Shown here one piece after another: positions 50,170-64,000 of a stretch of 64,000 nt of DNA. The stretch lies in the NCBI RefSeq assembly GCF_964204645.1, contig NC_134029.1, positions 13,232,850-13,296,849 on the forward strand. Direction: 5' to 3'. The notes below the pieces were generated by a model. It saw nothing but the letters and a program-made list of their open reading frames with translations. It ran no database searches and was not told where the DNA came from. The first letter of the stretch is position 1, and the number at the start of each line of letters is the position of its first letter. Source of the stretch: Tubulanus polymorphus (lineage: Eukaryota > Animalia > Nemertea). The position numbers were made by a program, and so were the translations under genes.

Positions 50170-50770
50170 AAAAGATTTAAATACTATTGAATTCGAATTG
50201 GCAATATCAACGGATTCCACAGGACTCAACGTCGCCGCACACAAACTAAGGATAAAATCATCAGATAACTTACATCGAACGCTAGAATTCACAAATATCA
50301 ACGGATTCCTCAAGACTTAACGTCGCCGCACACTAAATGTCGACGGATTCCACAGGACTCAAAGTCGCCGCACACAAACTTAACCGGACCTGTTAAAAAA
50401 AGAATTAAATATAATTGAATTTGAATTGGCATTGATTTTATGGATGAAATCATCAGATAACTTACATCGAACGCTAGAATTCACAAATATCGATGGATTC
50501 CTCAAGACTCAACGTCGCCGCACACAAACTTAACCGGACCTGTAAAAAAAGAATTAAATATAATTGAATTTGAATTGGCATCGATTTTATGGAAGAAATC
50601 ACCAGATAACTTACATCGAACGCTAGAATTCACAAATATCGATGGATTCCTTGAATATTCAACACGTATCGCAACACACTAAATGTCGACGGATTCCTAG
50701 AAGGACTCGACGTCGCCGCACAAACCGGAACTGTTAAAAACAAGGATGAAATACCATTCAATTTGAATTG
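50170..50770. repeat. Complex tandem repeat with ~40-bp subunits (CGGATTCC..AGGACTCAACGTCGCCGCACAC) in ~150-bp higher-order units
   Basis: Directly visible repeats. Confidence 0.85.
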
Positions 50771-52439
50771 CATCATGGCGTGGTTGAAAGAATCAACAGA
50801 TTGCTCATGGTACATTGATTGAGTAATTATAATACATTAAGTAGGCCCTAGTCACCATTGAGTAATGAAATAAAGTAGATTGAATTGGATTGATTCCAAT
50901 GTTGGCCAATGACTCATTAATTACAGATACAAAGGATTTTCCTTTAAAACCTCAAAGAACTAGATTATTTCATGAAATAAACATGGTTATTATTCTTAAT
51001 AGGCTCATGTAATTAGGCCTAGGGAATGTCATATTCAAGCAAACTTAGTTGACGTGGCCATATTCAATGGTGCAGACCATCGAAGTATAGCAACCAGCCC
51101 AGCAGTAATGTCATTAATGATACAAATTATCCAAGATCTATCACTTCCACATAGCATATCTATATATCAAATTAAACTACAGAATATTTAGAATAAACGT
51201 ATGTTGGCCAATTTTACTTAAATGTAAATTTGTCAGCAAACAGTCATGATAAAAAGGGCCGATCATAATTGTTTTTCATTACATGGCGCTGGCTGGCGAT
51301 CCAACAACCAAGCAGAAAAAATGTATTTTGTTAACTTTTGGTGAGGACATACCGTTATATTTGGTATCAAATTTAAGTTCTTTTTCTGTGCTATCAAGCT
51401 ATAATGACTTTATTTAAGTTAAAAGTAATCAAAATGAAGTGCTTACCCAAACATCTTCACAGTTTTCAGGCGTAAATTTCGAGCGAAAACTAGCGAACGA
51501 AACTCCGCGACGTAAAAGTCACCTTGAGGAGTAATATGGTCAATGTTTACATAAACTTTAACATAGTTTAATGAAAAGGGCATCTTCACCCGCCAAGGGA
51601 TTCGAACCCACTACGCTAAAGCTGTTCCCCAAACCCATTGATCTCACGAGTCGTTGGAGTCGTGACTAGCCGACCAGAATCAGGTCGGGCCAATCACAGC
51701 GCTTGTTACAGACGACATTAGGCATCTATGGAATTTCCCGGTAAATGGACCAATCAGCGAACACGTGGTGAACGCGGAAGTATTGTCGCGTGTCGCTATA
51801 TGACGTCATGCGCAAACGCGCCAGTAATGAAATCGCGTGTGGTGAGGCCAGGGGGCTGGTGGAAGCGAGTTCGGGAGCGATATCGGACTCCTGGCAAGCG
51901 AGGATGTGAAAAGGGGTGTATGTTACTGCTTTCAAATAAATTGGTGTCGAATCCCATATAAATAACGCAGAAAACGCGTCACTTAAATACCCTTAGTTTT
52001 CCTATACTTTCAGCGCTACGTGGGTCACGTGACGCGTTCGGGATTCTATTTTATCGCAACAATCAAAACCACCAATAAGCGCGCGCTACGTCATTCTGTT
52101 CGAGATGTTCGTTCTTGCCTTACGTCGTACCGTCGTGCAATGCCGTGTGATATGACATTCTTTCTGCTCGAAGTTGAGGAAAACAACCAAAGTATGCAAA
52201 TTTAACAACTGATTTATTAACAGAAAGTAAAATCACTAATGATATAACTTTATCAAACAGTATATAAACAAATAAACCATGTCCCAACATGTGGGTTAGC
52301 AAATAATGTAATTAAGCTTTACAGCTGTATCGAGAATATGCCATTATAAAAACATACTCCGAGACAAAAACGCTTTGTCACAATATAAAAGTTTTACACC
52401 TTAAGCAAATCAAGATTTTTCTGCTCCGATGCCTCCAAT

Positions 52440-52548
52440 AATTAGGGTTTTCTGACTTTTCGTCGAAAAACCTCTTGTAATTCTGTTGATTATTAGGGTT
52501 TCTGCTGCCTCGGTAGAAACCCTATTGGATTCCTGCTGATTATTATTT
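52440..52548 (+). repeat. Helentron/HINE-like head repeats (TTATTAGGGTTTC..GAAACCCTATTG)
   Basis: Tandem hairpin motif; similar copy at ~53840-53940. Confidence 0.45.
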
Positions 52549-53839
52549 TAACATATTTTCCACTGAGTTTCGTCATCTTCTATTAGATTTGACTACTAAC
52601 AACTTTGAAACGAAATTTTAAACTCTGATAATAATATAACAGTCTCTTTCTGCGCGTAGTTTCTATGGATGTACTGTGCTTCCTATTTTAAACTTGAAGT
52701 TGCTTAAAGATAACACCGGTGGAAATAGCAATCATCAATCATGGCGCGCATACTGGCGCGAATATGAAAGTTTGCGACGTCATTTCATAAATAAATAAAG
52801 AAGGAAGGCTCCGAGAATATCCAAATCACAGGTTACTGTGAATAACTGGGGTTCGGCCATTCACAAGTTAAAAATGTACTTCCTTGTTTGTGAAATAAGT
52901 TTATTCATACTGTTATTAAAAGCAGTTCCTTTTAAACATTCTATTATAGTATAGTTTTGTTCGTGGATATCAATATTTCGAAAAATCAACAGCGGTTTAT
53001 TTATTTATCGTACCGGTACGCGTTTTCTTAATTGAATTGAATTGGTCCGGTCCAAAAATGCGGGTCATACTAGTTAGCGTCAGAAAATGTCAGCGTCGGT
53101 GACACCTTGTTATCGTCGATATTAAACGGTCTAAAGTCAGTTTATACATCATATACATTACAAATTGGAGGTCCCTTGTACATGTACATCACATCGTGAC
53201 GCAGCGGCGATGGTAATGTCATAGAAGAACAAAGTCAGTTGAAAATACCTACCCACTGCACCGATAAAGAATCAGAATGATTGCTAGCCAGAGACCAGTG
53301 ACAGTTAGTAATGAGGAGTGATGGTACCGTTCGTGATTATGTTTTTATAATGGTTATTGGACGTCAATTTCATATGTGAATTGTAGTCCCCATCTGATCG
53401 CTTGACTTGTCAGACTGACTCGTCACTCCTCTACTAATAGTAACACTATAAGGCCTTACCTCCTGCATAGTTTACCCTATAGGCCAAATTTGTGCTTTAG
53501 GCCAAATTCGGTTTTCTTATCTCGTCGCCCTTTTTTGAACTAATAATAACCAAATATGCGCTTAAACTGTCACTAGGGAATGGTAAAAACACCGTAGCTT
53601 CGTCCTTCTCGATGTTATTTCCCCCAAAACCTAGCACATTAGTACTTTGCGCGTAGTAGAACATGCGCGTAGTAGCACATGTGGGTCAACATATCCATGT
53701 TGTGATGTGACCCCTAGGTGGCACTCATTCAAAAAAACGGAATGTAACGAACTGATTTTGGAAATCTTTGCTCGCTTCCCTGAACGACATTCTATGCAGA
53801 AAGGCACAAACCCGTTATCGCTGCTTGCAGCCATATTTA

Positions 53840-54020
53840 GAGTTTTCTGTTTCTTCACAGAAAACCCTATTGAAATTCGCGTGATTATTAGGGTTTCTGC
53901 TGCCTTCACAGAAACCCTATTGTATTCCTGCTGATTATTATTATTTTTATTATTATCATTATTATCATTATTGTCATTATTATTATTATTATCATTATTA
54001 TCATTATTGTCATTATTGTC
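53840..54020 (+). repeat. Same hairpin head followed by a degenerate (ATT)n microsatellite
   Basis: TAGGGTTTCTG..CAGAAACCCTATTG, then ATT/ATC/GTC triplets at 53935-54018. Confidence 0.7.
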
Positions 54021-57000
54021 TTTATTCCCAGTAGGCATTTTTACGTTTTCATTACGTCCTTTAAACATCAAAACCAGACGTTGGATTTTGAGTTAAAAAT
54101 GAAAGTTTTCTCGACGTCATTTAAGACGTCCTTTTCTTTCGTCAAAATTACGTTAATTTCTTGACGTCCTCCATACGGCATCAAAGTGACGTAATCCAGA
54201 CTTAATTCTATCTTGACGTCCCATTGACGTCTTAACCTTACATCAAAACAACGTCAGTTGAAATTCGTCCTAAACAAGATATCCATAACAAGAATAACAC
54301 GGTTTTTGGTTTACCTTTGTCAGCGATATGAAGTTCGCATTGAGCCAATTCATGCAAAATCGCGGTACGTTTTTTTATGTGAGCATCTGTTTCATTGGTT
54401 ATCGGCTTGAACGACGTATATCGATGCGATTGAAGACATGGCGAACCTCCGTCGATGACATGGTCAACATTGTAAAAATTCGACAAAAAACTGTTTTTGG
54501 CGGGAAGATTCTTAGCTCTCGCGTATAAAATTGCAATGACCTCGATTGGGGGGGCGTTGTCTCTACGAGCGAATGTGATTGGCTGTTTTTGGGATATACG
54601 GGGAATTCCGGCGCTACTAAAATAATTATGGGAAGGCCATAGAATAGCGAACGCTTTATTGGACTAATGCTCATTACTGGTGAGAATGTAATTATTATCC
54701 GCCATAGGTATTGTTTCATTTTAATACCCGGTGATTGATTTGATTGAGATTGAAGTGTAAGCGAACATTCACTTACACAAGGCCTCTACGTGCGCGCGGA
54801 AATCATTAGATTAGACTGTTGCGCACACAAACACACGCGCGTACAGTATACACTACTATAGTGATACTGTAACGCTGCTTGCTGGCGCATTTGACATTTC
54901 ATCAGCAGAAGATGAGCGCTTTGTTTTCTGTTTGATAGAATTTGTAATAAATTGTAATTTCTTGTGACCTGAAAATACTAAGCAGCAAACTATAGGTATA
55001 GGTCGAGGTCTGAATATTGTAGTGGTAAATTCCAGGATTTAAAACGATCTAATGCGCCGATTTCTTACTGCACCGGTATTTTAGCTTCCGCGGCCATACA
55101 TTCAGCCATCCTCTGATATGTGACATCATATGAATTTTATTTGTATTTTTTTTCATATTATGAAAAAATATTTCTTTGAAAATATAAAATAGTTTCCATG
55201 CCGCGCCTACCTGTACCCTACAAAATTTTGGATGTGGACCGTAAACAAATGTATATCTTTGGTCTTATTTGACTACAAAATAAAATAATCCTTTAAGAAA
55301 GATAAAATACTTTATTTATAAAATACTATATTTAAACTTGTAGAAATTTGAATTGTCACGAATTAAAAAGATTTTTTTCAAGCAATGCCCTTACCCCGAA
55401 CAACTTCTAGCTTTCAAGGTAAACCACACTTTGCCCATGGGCAATTTATTTCATTTACCTAGGGTTCGTCGTTTGTATTTTTACACGACCAACTTTTATT
55501 AACGAATGTTTAAAGCTTCCATTTGAATATTTAAAAATATGCATGTCAAAAATAGAGTACTTAGTTTTCACCCTGAGTTGGTTTCCATACACCTCCTTTC
55601 CTGTCTGGGCGACCCTCAGTCCTTGCTTCAACTAATCAGCTTTTCTAAATGTTTTCTATAAGTCCCTTTCTAAATGTTTTCTATAAGTCCCTGCCGCCTG
55701 GAATGGAAAGAATGAATAAAATATGTCTACAGGATAAGAACAAACGAAAGTTTTTGCTACGTGTGAGATTTGTGTTGCCAATATTTCCACCACCCCAACT
55801 AGTTGTTCTTATTGACCTCATTTCTTTTATCAATGATACACTCGAGAAACGTGAAATCCCTTCTCGCCGGTGAGATCATCGGCTGCTATGTCGGTGGTGG
55901 TGGCCACCGGTGTTGACCGCGCGCTCATTCGTTGAATTGAATAGATATTATAAAGGGTTTATACAGTTTTTGCAAACATACAGATCATCAAAACTATCAC
56001 TGCTTGTAATAAAGTATCCACGGATAATCAGTACTCATTCTTACCTTGTAACGAGATCTTCAACGAGTACCAATCTAAAACTGAGCAAACATTTTCAAAA
56101 TTTAACCGCTCGCGCCTCACGATGAGGGAATCCCAGAGACAGATGGTATCCCAATGACGTCATAGTATGTTTTAGGTTCGAATCCCACCATTGAATTCGG
56201 CTAGTAACAAGAATATTGCTCAACGGATTTACTTGAAACTAACGTGAAATGTGCGGAACACAGGTACCTTGAGGTAAGTTTAATAGCTCTTTAATTGGGG
56301 ACCCCGATCCCCACCAGGGGTGTGTCTTACTTTTGAAAGTTCTGACATCCAAAAAGTGCTGTGTGAGAAAATTTTTTGTTTTTGAGTTTTGAGCTTAACT
56401 CTTTCCATGTCGTTGATATCAACAGTATCCCATATACTCCAATTAATGTAGGTGGCGTTGGGATCAACAGTATCCCATTGACTTATACACACCCTAGATG
56501 GCGAATTAGTGAAAACCAACTCCTGCAACGCACTCCACTGGTGGCCTGCATGTTAAGCAAAGTGTGTATATACACTATATAAGCAATACTTGCTGGTAGA
56601 TACTCTATTTAATACTCACCAACCCACCGCGCGGTATTTACGCGGAGCAGCTGAACACAAACCTGGCCACTCTCTCAATTTTCAATGATAGAAATCGTGT
56701 GTGCATTTCAATTATTTCGGCTGTTAGGGTTTTAAGGCACAATATAAGTTGATGATGTGATATGGCGATGTTAATTAATGATAATTCCGCAGAGTGCAGC
56801 TAGTCACGAACGGTGCCATTGAGTGTACAGCTGCCAAACACACTGAAATGTGCGTAGTTGCGTAACTATTTGCAGTGAATCGCAGACGAAACATGAAGCC
56901 TTAACGGCCGTTAAAAAAAAAAATTATACCAATCGCAATTGTAAAATAAAAATGACATAGAACCTAAGTTAAAATTCTGGCCATTTCTAAAATGTAATTA

Positions 57001-57572
57001 CTAATTTTTAGTCAGTGCGGAATGTTTAGTTTTCCAACAATAATGAGGGGTGGTAGGTAGTCATGCAATTCAAGTCATCATTTATTACACGTTACTTCCG
57101 TGTTGTTGAAAATCTTGCGAGCCCTGGACCAAACCCCAATGAACAATGTGATCTGTGTGCTGGCCATAAATGCACACAGATCACACTACACTACCCATTA
57201 CACACTCCAGTACCCACAGCTTTCATATATCCATCCAAATATTTAGTGTCTTTCTTCCTGGTTGTTATAGAAATGTAGGCCAAGTGCTCTAATAGTCATT
57301 GTCTCAGATACGCGCGCTCAGTTGCTCGTGAATGCGCCCAGCATCATAAAAAAACACTTATCACCCACTCAAAAGTCTTTAGAGATAATTATCTAATGGT
57401 TAATTGTAAATAAAGAATGAGGATACTGGATGACTTTGACCCTTTTTAGGAAATTCTGACCCACCAATGAAAAAATTTTCATTATTTTGATTGAGTAACA
57501 CATACATTGATATTATAGGAATAGAAAATAGGCATTTGCTTTTAGATTTATACATATTTCTGGCTTTAGTAT

Positions 57573-58646
57573 TGTTCCGCGGTCCCTTTCTCTATTGTCT
57601 TTTTCCTCTATTACAAACTCCGGTCGACCACGAACACAGAAACCCGAAAACCAAGTGATAAAAAGGAACTCCGGATTTAAATATGATAATACTCAACTTT
57701 TATTCTAACAATTCAAACTTAACTTTAGTCTCAACAATTTATAAAATTCCCTACCTTTTCATTTTGAATTTTGTTACAAATCCCACACACAAGAAGATAC
57801 AATTCAACCGGATAGCCGAAAGTTATCTGTTCTATAGTCTTCTAATGCTTCCCCTGAAAATGCTTTCTAAAAGAGTCCGCTCTCTCTCTCTCGAGGGGCG
57901 GCCCCTTTTATACGGCTGCGTCCACACCCAAGAAAAATCCAGAACCCTGCTTGCGGCCAGCCGTAAAAGGGAACGAGCAACCAACGCAGCACCACGACGC
58001 AGAGCCGGGGTCCTGATTCCTAGACTTTTCATTCGCTGCTAACTTTAACCCGACCCTCGACGTCATGATACCTGCCGGTCTGCTCTCCTTCTCAACCGCA
58101 CCGAAGAGATTACATATATACTATTTTTCCAACCCTCGAACTCATTTATTTTAACTTATCCAATGATTACAATTCCCACCATGAATGGTATTTAATTTTG
58201 TCTAAATAGTAATATACAATGTAAGCCGAAATATCATCTTTCTTATTTATATTCTTTATCATTATTAGTACATTCAAATTTAAACACACAAACTCTTATT
58301 AATTAAAATAATAAAACTCTTTAATATTACTTTTTAATATTACTCTTTAATATTACTCCTTATTATCGAATTATCAGACTAAGGGTCAGCGAGTGTTTCA
58401 TAAGTTGATTTCATAATTGCTCATTTCCACGAATTCTTCTCATGACTACAGCGCCGTGATTACCTTCAAAGTGATTTAGAATGCTCGTCTGATACAAGTA
58501 TAAATGTTTCAGACAAACAACCATTAAGGCGGATAATGTATTATCGTACATAAGGAACAATGCGTGTGTTCTCCCAGGACCATGCCAAGAAACCTACGTA
58601 TATAAATCGTTTGATCTTTTTGAAAGTACAATTCAGCTGCGGATCA
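57573..58646 (-). repeat. 3' LTR (~1.07 kb)
   Basis: Minus strand begins TGATCCGCAG and ends CCGCGGAACA (imperfect terminal IR); PPT GAGTGGGGAG at 58650-58659; TATAAAAGGGG at ~57902-57912; AATAAA at ~57700. Confidence 0.75.
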
Positions 58647-60281
58647 TCACTCCCCACTCAGCTCAAAATTTCGTCCCGAAATTTTGAATTTAGACAACCT
58701 CTGAAACACAAGCCGACACCTCATGAAAAACCCTGAAAAAGAAAACAGCAACAAACGGATGAAAAACGCCAAATCGCGTCTTTTTCCCCAAAGATATTAA
58801 CTAGACCATATTCTAAAACTACTCGTTAAAGTTCATAGTAATAACACGCACTAAAAGTTCAGGATTACAGTTCAACAAAACCACAAATTAAAGTTCAGGA
58901 TACCCGCTCGGAAAATGAAAGTATCTTGTGACCGCTGCCTCCGCTAATACCGTAAAAAGTCTAGCACTTAACACCACCGCAATTACGAAGTTTGAAAATA
59001 TACCGCATGAAGACGCAACAGCAACCACAACAACACAGTACGCCATGGACGGACGAATGACGTTATCCAACGCAGTTCCTCGCAGCCTAATAATACACCA
59101 TCCAGCGCGAAAACACGCAATATCAATGGCTTCAACGTAGAACCAGATTTACGATACAGGAGTCTATAACTTCTCCACAGTTTATATCGCAACATACGAG
59201 TCGAAAATACCACAACGCTTGTAGTACAACGAAGCTGAATACGGCGCGCTGGAACATCGAATTCATACATCCACCATTTAGATCGGTTTAACGCAAATGT
59301 CGTCGGCGAATTTCACGATTTCTTGCATGCAGCCAGGTGTTTTGTCCCCAAGGAGTTATCACAAGTCCGTGAGTATAACGATTTTCGCAAGAGGGACAAC
59401 ACCATTAACACTGGCTGACTGCATGACTAACAAAACACTGATACATACATCTCCAGGCCTACGCCTAAACGCAACTGCATAGGCCGGATTTCTTGTCATC
59501 GACGGCCTTGCATCTTTAAAAATGGACGCGGCTCCGAGTGTCCTATGTCCCGACCATACCAGTTGTTGGCCCATGCTGTTCTATGCGTCCAGCAATAGAG
59601 CTTCGGGATACCTCCCAACAAGTCCCCATCTCCATATGGTCACTATCAGGGAAGTACCCCTCAACGTATATCGCAGCAGACAGGAATAAAAAAACGATCT
59701 TGCATCCAAGTGCTGTCATGTTGGTCGGTCTCAAACCACTCGAAACGGGTACCCTACAAGCAAAAGACAACGACAATATTACATAACAATTAGAGACAAC
59801 GACAATCTATTATACAAATTCCATAATCATATTACAAGTCTAGTCTATTATATCGACATTCTTTACAATGAAAAATAAAAGAAATAGAGCCTTCTGTTTT
59901 AACCATCTACTGCTATCAATTTAGTCAACAAAACTTCGTCGCTATGATGACCCTACTCGTTTCATTGTTCGTTTAATTAATTGTATAAATTAATGCGTAA
60001 ACGTATATCCAACATAAATATTACCTAAAGTAACCACTTAGATACGCATAAAATATCATATATGGTTATTATATATCGTATAACTATCCGTAAACGAAAA
60101 TGACATGATCAGCCTGATCAAATAACAATTGCAAAATAATCTTATCACGACTATACTTACAAAGCCGTCTTATAAATTCAGGAAAAAGTGCCCATAGGAC
60201 ACTCCTGCCAGAATATTAACATCGCGAGGAGAGTATAACACTAATTCCTCCAAATGCGATGCTACCAAGTGATTCAAAATC

Positions 60282-62922
60282 TCAATAAAGACGTGGATAC
60301 AGACGACCCTCATTTGCCAACATCGATCGCCTAGGTATGTCGAAGGACGGAGGACCTGATGGCAAATGATTGGCCAACGACGATTCTAGGACCAGAATGC
60401 TCGGTTGTTGAGTGTCGGTCTGAGCTTCAACGTCAACAGCGACAATTTCAGGTTCAACTGATGACACTACGAGTTTCGCCGCTTCTCTCAGTTCCACACT
60501 CAACGAACGATAATTAGCCACAACGATTGCTTTACTAGATACCGATAACATCTGCCTCATTTCAAACAGACTTATCTTCAGAGGCACCGAGCATGATTTT
60601 GGTAAATTATAAACCGTCCCCTGTGAACAGGTCATTTGTTTTTCGTGCCAAGTTAAATTCAATCGAGCAACCCCACAAGTGACCTGTAAGGCGACTCTAG
60701 TAAAGAGCTGGTGGCTCTAAATAACATTCAGATTTACATCCAGACAGCGTTAGTAAAGGTAAATCGAGCCTATGTATTCCATTCTTAATTCGCAGCATCA
60801 ATCTAACTGGATACTTACCAGGCGAGCATGCTGCATGTAAACAATGCCTGCATCTATAAAATAAAGCACGCAACAATGGTCGAAAAACAATTATCAAAAT
60901 TCCCACTACGATTAACAAAAACAGAACAACATCCACCCGAATATTTTCAGCCACGACCACTTCCTTGATAACTGAATTATTCCAACCTCCAGAACGTAAA
61001 TCGTGAATAGAGGGGTGAATTGTGACCATGGCTTGAGCGGGCGGAACAAATCCTGCTCCTAACACTGGTATTAATCCTTGAGATTTTAACAAAACAAATA
61101 TCGACAGTAACATGCTACCTGCGGATAGACCTATTGCAAGCCAAGTCATCCAACCAGTGCTACCACCATTTGAAATAACTGGCTCCTGGTGATCAAATAA
61201 TGCATCGGCTTGGGAACGGTAAAGTTTTGACTCTTGACTGTCAGTTTGGGCCAGTTTCTTAAAATCCATACTAAATTTAGTATCAACTGCCGCTACCTTT
61301 GACCAATTGTTGGTTTTAAAATCCAAAACAGGCAGCGGTGCGTATGGTGTACCCTGGAACATCGTGGCTCCAGTAACATTTGAAACTGCATTTTCCCCAA
61401 AGAAACTATGAAGGACGGGAAGGTTCACAGCGTGTGCAATAGTTACAGTGTCCTTTTTTATGCATTTATTAATTCGACCAGGGACATAAAACGTTGAACC
61501 CCGCAATGCACATGCACAACCAATTTTAATTAAGCAAAAACGACATGCTGGAATCGCTTGTGGTGACTTGCCGGGGCATGCGAGAGTCCAAAAGTCATCA
61601 CTGCCTGATACGAGGGAATAGCCGTCGCCCACATCAGCCGCTAGTTCGGCGAGGCCCCCGACCTCGTACCTTATGTGACATAGCGCTAACACCCGCGAGG
61701 GCCTGTCGAAGAAAAGACTACTTAGGCACGAATCAACGGTAATTTCGCGCATGGAGACGCGCTGCTGGCAAGTCATCACATCAGTACCATGACAAGTGGA
61801 AAAGATATCATGACCCATTTCTGTATAATAGTTACCATCCCTGGTCGCGCCAAAATACGGGGGCGTCCCCACGATCATTGAAGTGTTATATGATGTGGCG
61901 TTTATTGGGACCGGCATAAGGACCACGGAATACAAATCAAAATAGGTCTGACTAGACTGTAACGGAATTTTGACGGATATATAAACATATTTATCTGACT
62001 TGGTGAAACAAACATCCTTGACCATATAATAGTACCCCACCTTTCTATTAGCTATAGAAAAGCCTGAGTGCATTCTATTAAGTTTTTCCGACACGCCGTC
62101 AAGAACGGTAGACAACATTTTAGGGTTGACCAGGGCCCGTGGCAAATATCACTCCAATAGTTTTTCAATCCCCTGTAGCCACTCGCCCGAAACTGTCGTC
62201 AACCTCTCCACTAGAATTATATTTCGTATCGTCATGTCGGCCGCCAATGCCAGCATGCTAGCATCAACGCTTCGACTCAATAGTGCTCCTCGAATGGACT
62301 TTAACTCTTTAGAATTAGCAACGTACGCCGAAGTCAGACTACTGATCCGAGTGTCCGTCGCATTGATAAACGAGGAAAGTGTCCCCTGTATATGGGTAAT
62401 CTGATCTGAATTGAGCTTGACAATCTTCTCGACTTTCTCTACGTGTGACTCTACTTGTTGGACTTCGTCCTCGGTAGCTGTACCGAACAAGGAAGAAGAA
62501 ATCGAACCTATCCAAGAAAGCGGTGCTCGTTTGACTCTTTGCCCATTGGCGTGTCGTTTCTTTCGGGAACTGGCGTTTGCCGCATCCGGGATCATTCGCC
62601 TCACATCAGCTAATTGTCCCCTGATGTGAACTAACGTGTCCAACTGAAGACGATGTGCCTCTCGATACATCGCCGCATAACCGGTGCAATGAGCGCGAAT
62701 GTTAGGTTGTACAAGCGAACAGCGTAGTCGCAGACCTTTACTTGGCGGGTCGTCGACTACCAGCCACGGTATTGCAAACGTGTGGAAACACGCACTATCC
62801 CCGTTATGCACTCCACCTATTCTGTGAAAAGCCGCACCGTAGTTCGGCCTCAAAACTGTAGCTGGCGTTGACCCATAAGCTTGGGCGAACCAAAGAACCA
62901 GTAGTACGAGCGCAACCTGCAT
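60282..62922 (-). pseudogene. env: Envelope glycoprotein of the baculovirus F/errantivirus-like class I fusogen type; one in-frame stop (62149-62151) and one frameshift (~60700)
   Basis: Signal peptide MQVALVLLVLWFAQAYG, furin site RVKR followed by APLSWIGSISSSLFGTA, heptad repeat, Cys-rich region, TM segments; splice acceptor TTTTCAG just before the ATG. Confidence 0.88.
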
Positions 62923-62982
62923 TCTGAAAAGATAACAATGAGCCACGTCAATATGGCAAACTTTGGAACAGTCGTCGTCCTT

Positions 62983-64000
62983 CTATCGGCGCCTATTTTT
63001 AGTTTTCCGGCCCCTGGACTTGGACCTAGCCGCTAAGTCATCCCAATAGGCTCTAATAACTTCTGGGTTCAAGTTTTCAGCTGGCTCAAACGTATTGTCC
63101 TTGTTGTCATAACCTACCCATTTGACGAGATATTTCAAAATTCCCTTTTCTTTCTTGTGACGAATAATCTTTTCTACGTAGTAGACAGGCTCCACGTCAC
63201 TCGTAGTTGGTTTGTCTGGCAGAGCCTGTCCGGGATATTCATTTGATCCCCCATGGTCGTCTGTCAAATTATTTGGCCGGTCGTCTTGGTGATCCTCGTC
63301 CTGGTCACCATCGTTTCCATTATCGATTTCGTCGTCGATCCTGTCCAACGGTCGAATGTCAGTAGAGAAGAAGTATTTCATCCGATTACAATGAATCGGC
63401 ACTGCTAATTCCTTATTGTTTTCGTCCTCTAAGATGAAAGAAACAGGAGAAAGCTTTCGAACAACCCGATATGGACCAGTCCATTGATGTAAGAGTTTCT
63501 TACTCAGCCCTTTTACTTTCTTTGGTGTGAAAACTAAGACTTGGTCACCTACGTCAAAAGTTGGCGGGACTGCCGTTCTATCAAAACGTTCCTTCATCCT
63601 TTCTTGAGCCCTTTTGATGTTATCTCTGGCTAATTTCCTGGCGTCTTTCAACTTCGGTAGCATGGCCTGAACAAAACCTCCTGCGTCAAAGTAGACATCT
63701 TTCGGGTTGAGAAGAGCAACATCCATTGGGAGCTTTGGCTCTCGACCGTACATTAAAAAGAACGGAGAATATTGTGATGTGTCTGACGCTGGACTAACCC
63801 TGTACGCAAAAAGAATTGGATCTAAGTACGTATCCCAATCTGTCTGACGGTCGTTACAATACATGCTTAGGGCCTTGACTATAACCAAATTCATGTGCTC
63901 AACTTGACCTTGAGTCTGTGGTCTATAAGCACTAGAGCGAGCCCGTGGCGTATTACAGAGTCGCCACACCTCATTCATCAACTTACTCAAGAAATTGGTT
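62983..64000 (-). CDS. pol: Pol C-terminus: integrase core, GPY/F motif and chromodomain (5' part outside window)
   Basis: SAYRPQTQGQVE, SPFFLMYGREP, WTGPYRV, YYVEKII...YLVKWVGY...TFEP. Confidence 0.95.
   Translation of the reverse strand, partial: TNFLSKLMNEVWRLCNTPRARSSAYRPQTQGQVEHMNLVIVKALSMYCNDRQTDWDTYLDPILFAYRVSPASDTSQYSPFFLMYGREPKLPMDVALLNPKDVYFDAGGFVQAMLPKLKDARKLARDNIKRAQERMKERFDRTAVPPTFDVGDQVLVFTPKKVKGLSKKLLHQWTGPYRVVRKLSPVSFILEDENNKELAVPIHCNRMKYFFSTDIRPLDRIDDEIDNGNDGDQDEDHQDDRPNNLTDDHGGSNEYPGQALPDKPTTSDVEPVYYVEKIIRHKKEKGILKYLVKWVGYDNKDNTFEPAENLNPEVIRAYWDDLAARSKSRGRKTKNRRR

Larger units (their letters stand above)
57573..64000 (-). mobile_element. 3' half of an env-bearing Ty3/Gypsy LTR retrotransposon
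   Basis: Integrase with chromodomain, env, polypurine tract and LTR in the expected order. Confidence 0.92.

Noticed and set aside
51585-51690. tRNA-like B box GGTTCGAATCCC on the minus strand (also + strand near 56175)
   Set aside because: No convincing cloverleaf or A box; at most SINE remnants
53631-54071. 146-aa Asn/Asp-rich ORF
   Set aside because: Produced by the ATT microsatellite; no other coding signal
54200-57500. Short ORFs of 60-106 aa
   Set aside because: No recognisable domains; consistent with chance ORFs in repeat-derived DNA

Overview
AT-rich eukaryotic, probably invertebrate, genomic window made almost entirely of nested and decaying mobile elements. I recognise no intact host gene. 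It holds three related Polinton/Maverick-type endogenous viral elements. Element A (1-4372, minus strand) shows its pPolB end and runs off the window. Element B (~14840-20527, minus strand) keeps capsid and membrane genes but has no pPolB. Element C (25620-43860) is full length, with ~0.5 kb TIRs, a 6-bp TSD (AACATT), pPolB, putative SSB, penton, several predicted membrane proteins, a truncated major capsid protein, an A32-like packaging ATPase, an rve integrase with chromodomain and an HNH nuclease. All four visible termini are 122-152 bp imperfect fold-back hairpins with compensatory stem changes and conserved G-T wobbles. Almost every morphogenesis gene starts at TAAATG. The window also has a Penelope-like element with a hammerhead ribozyme, a LINE fragment, a Harbinger transposase, a RAG1/Transib-like transposase pseudogene with an internal PHD finger, MULE-type non-autonomous elements, Helitron-like repeats, and the 3' half of a Ty3/Gypsy element with an F-type env gene and 3' LTR. 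All calls come from reading motifs by eye; no searches were run.
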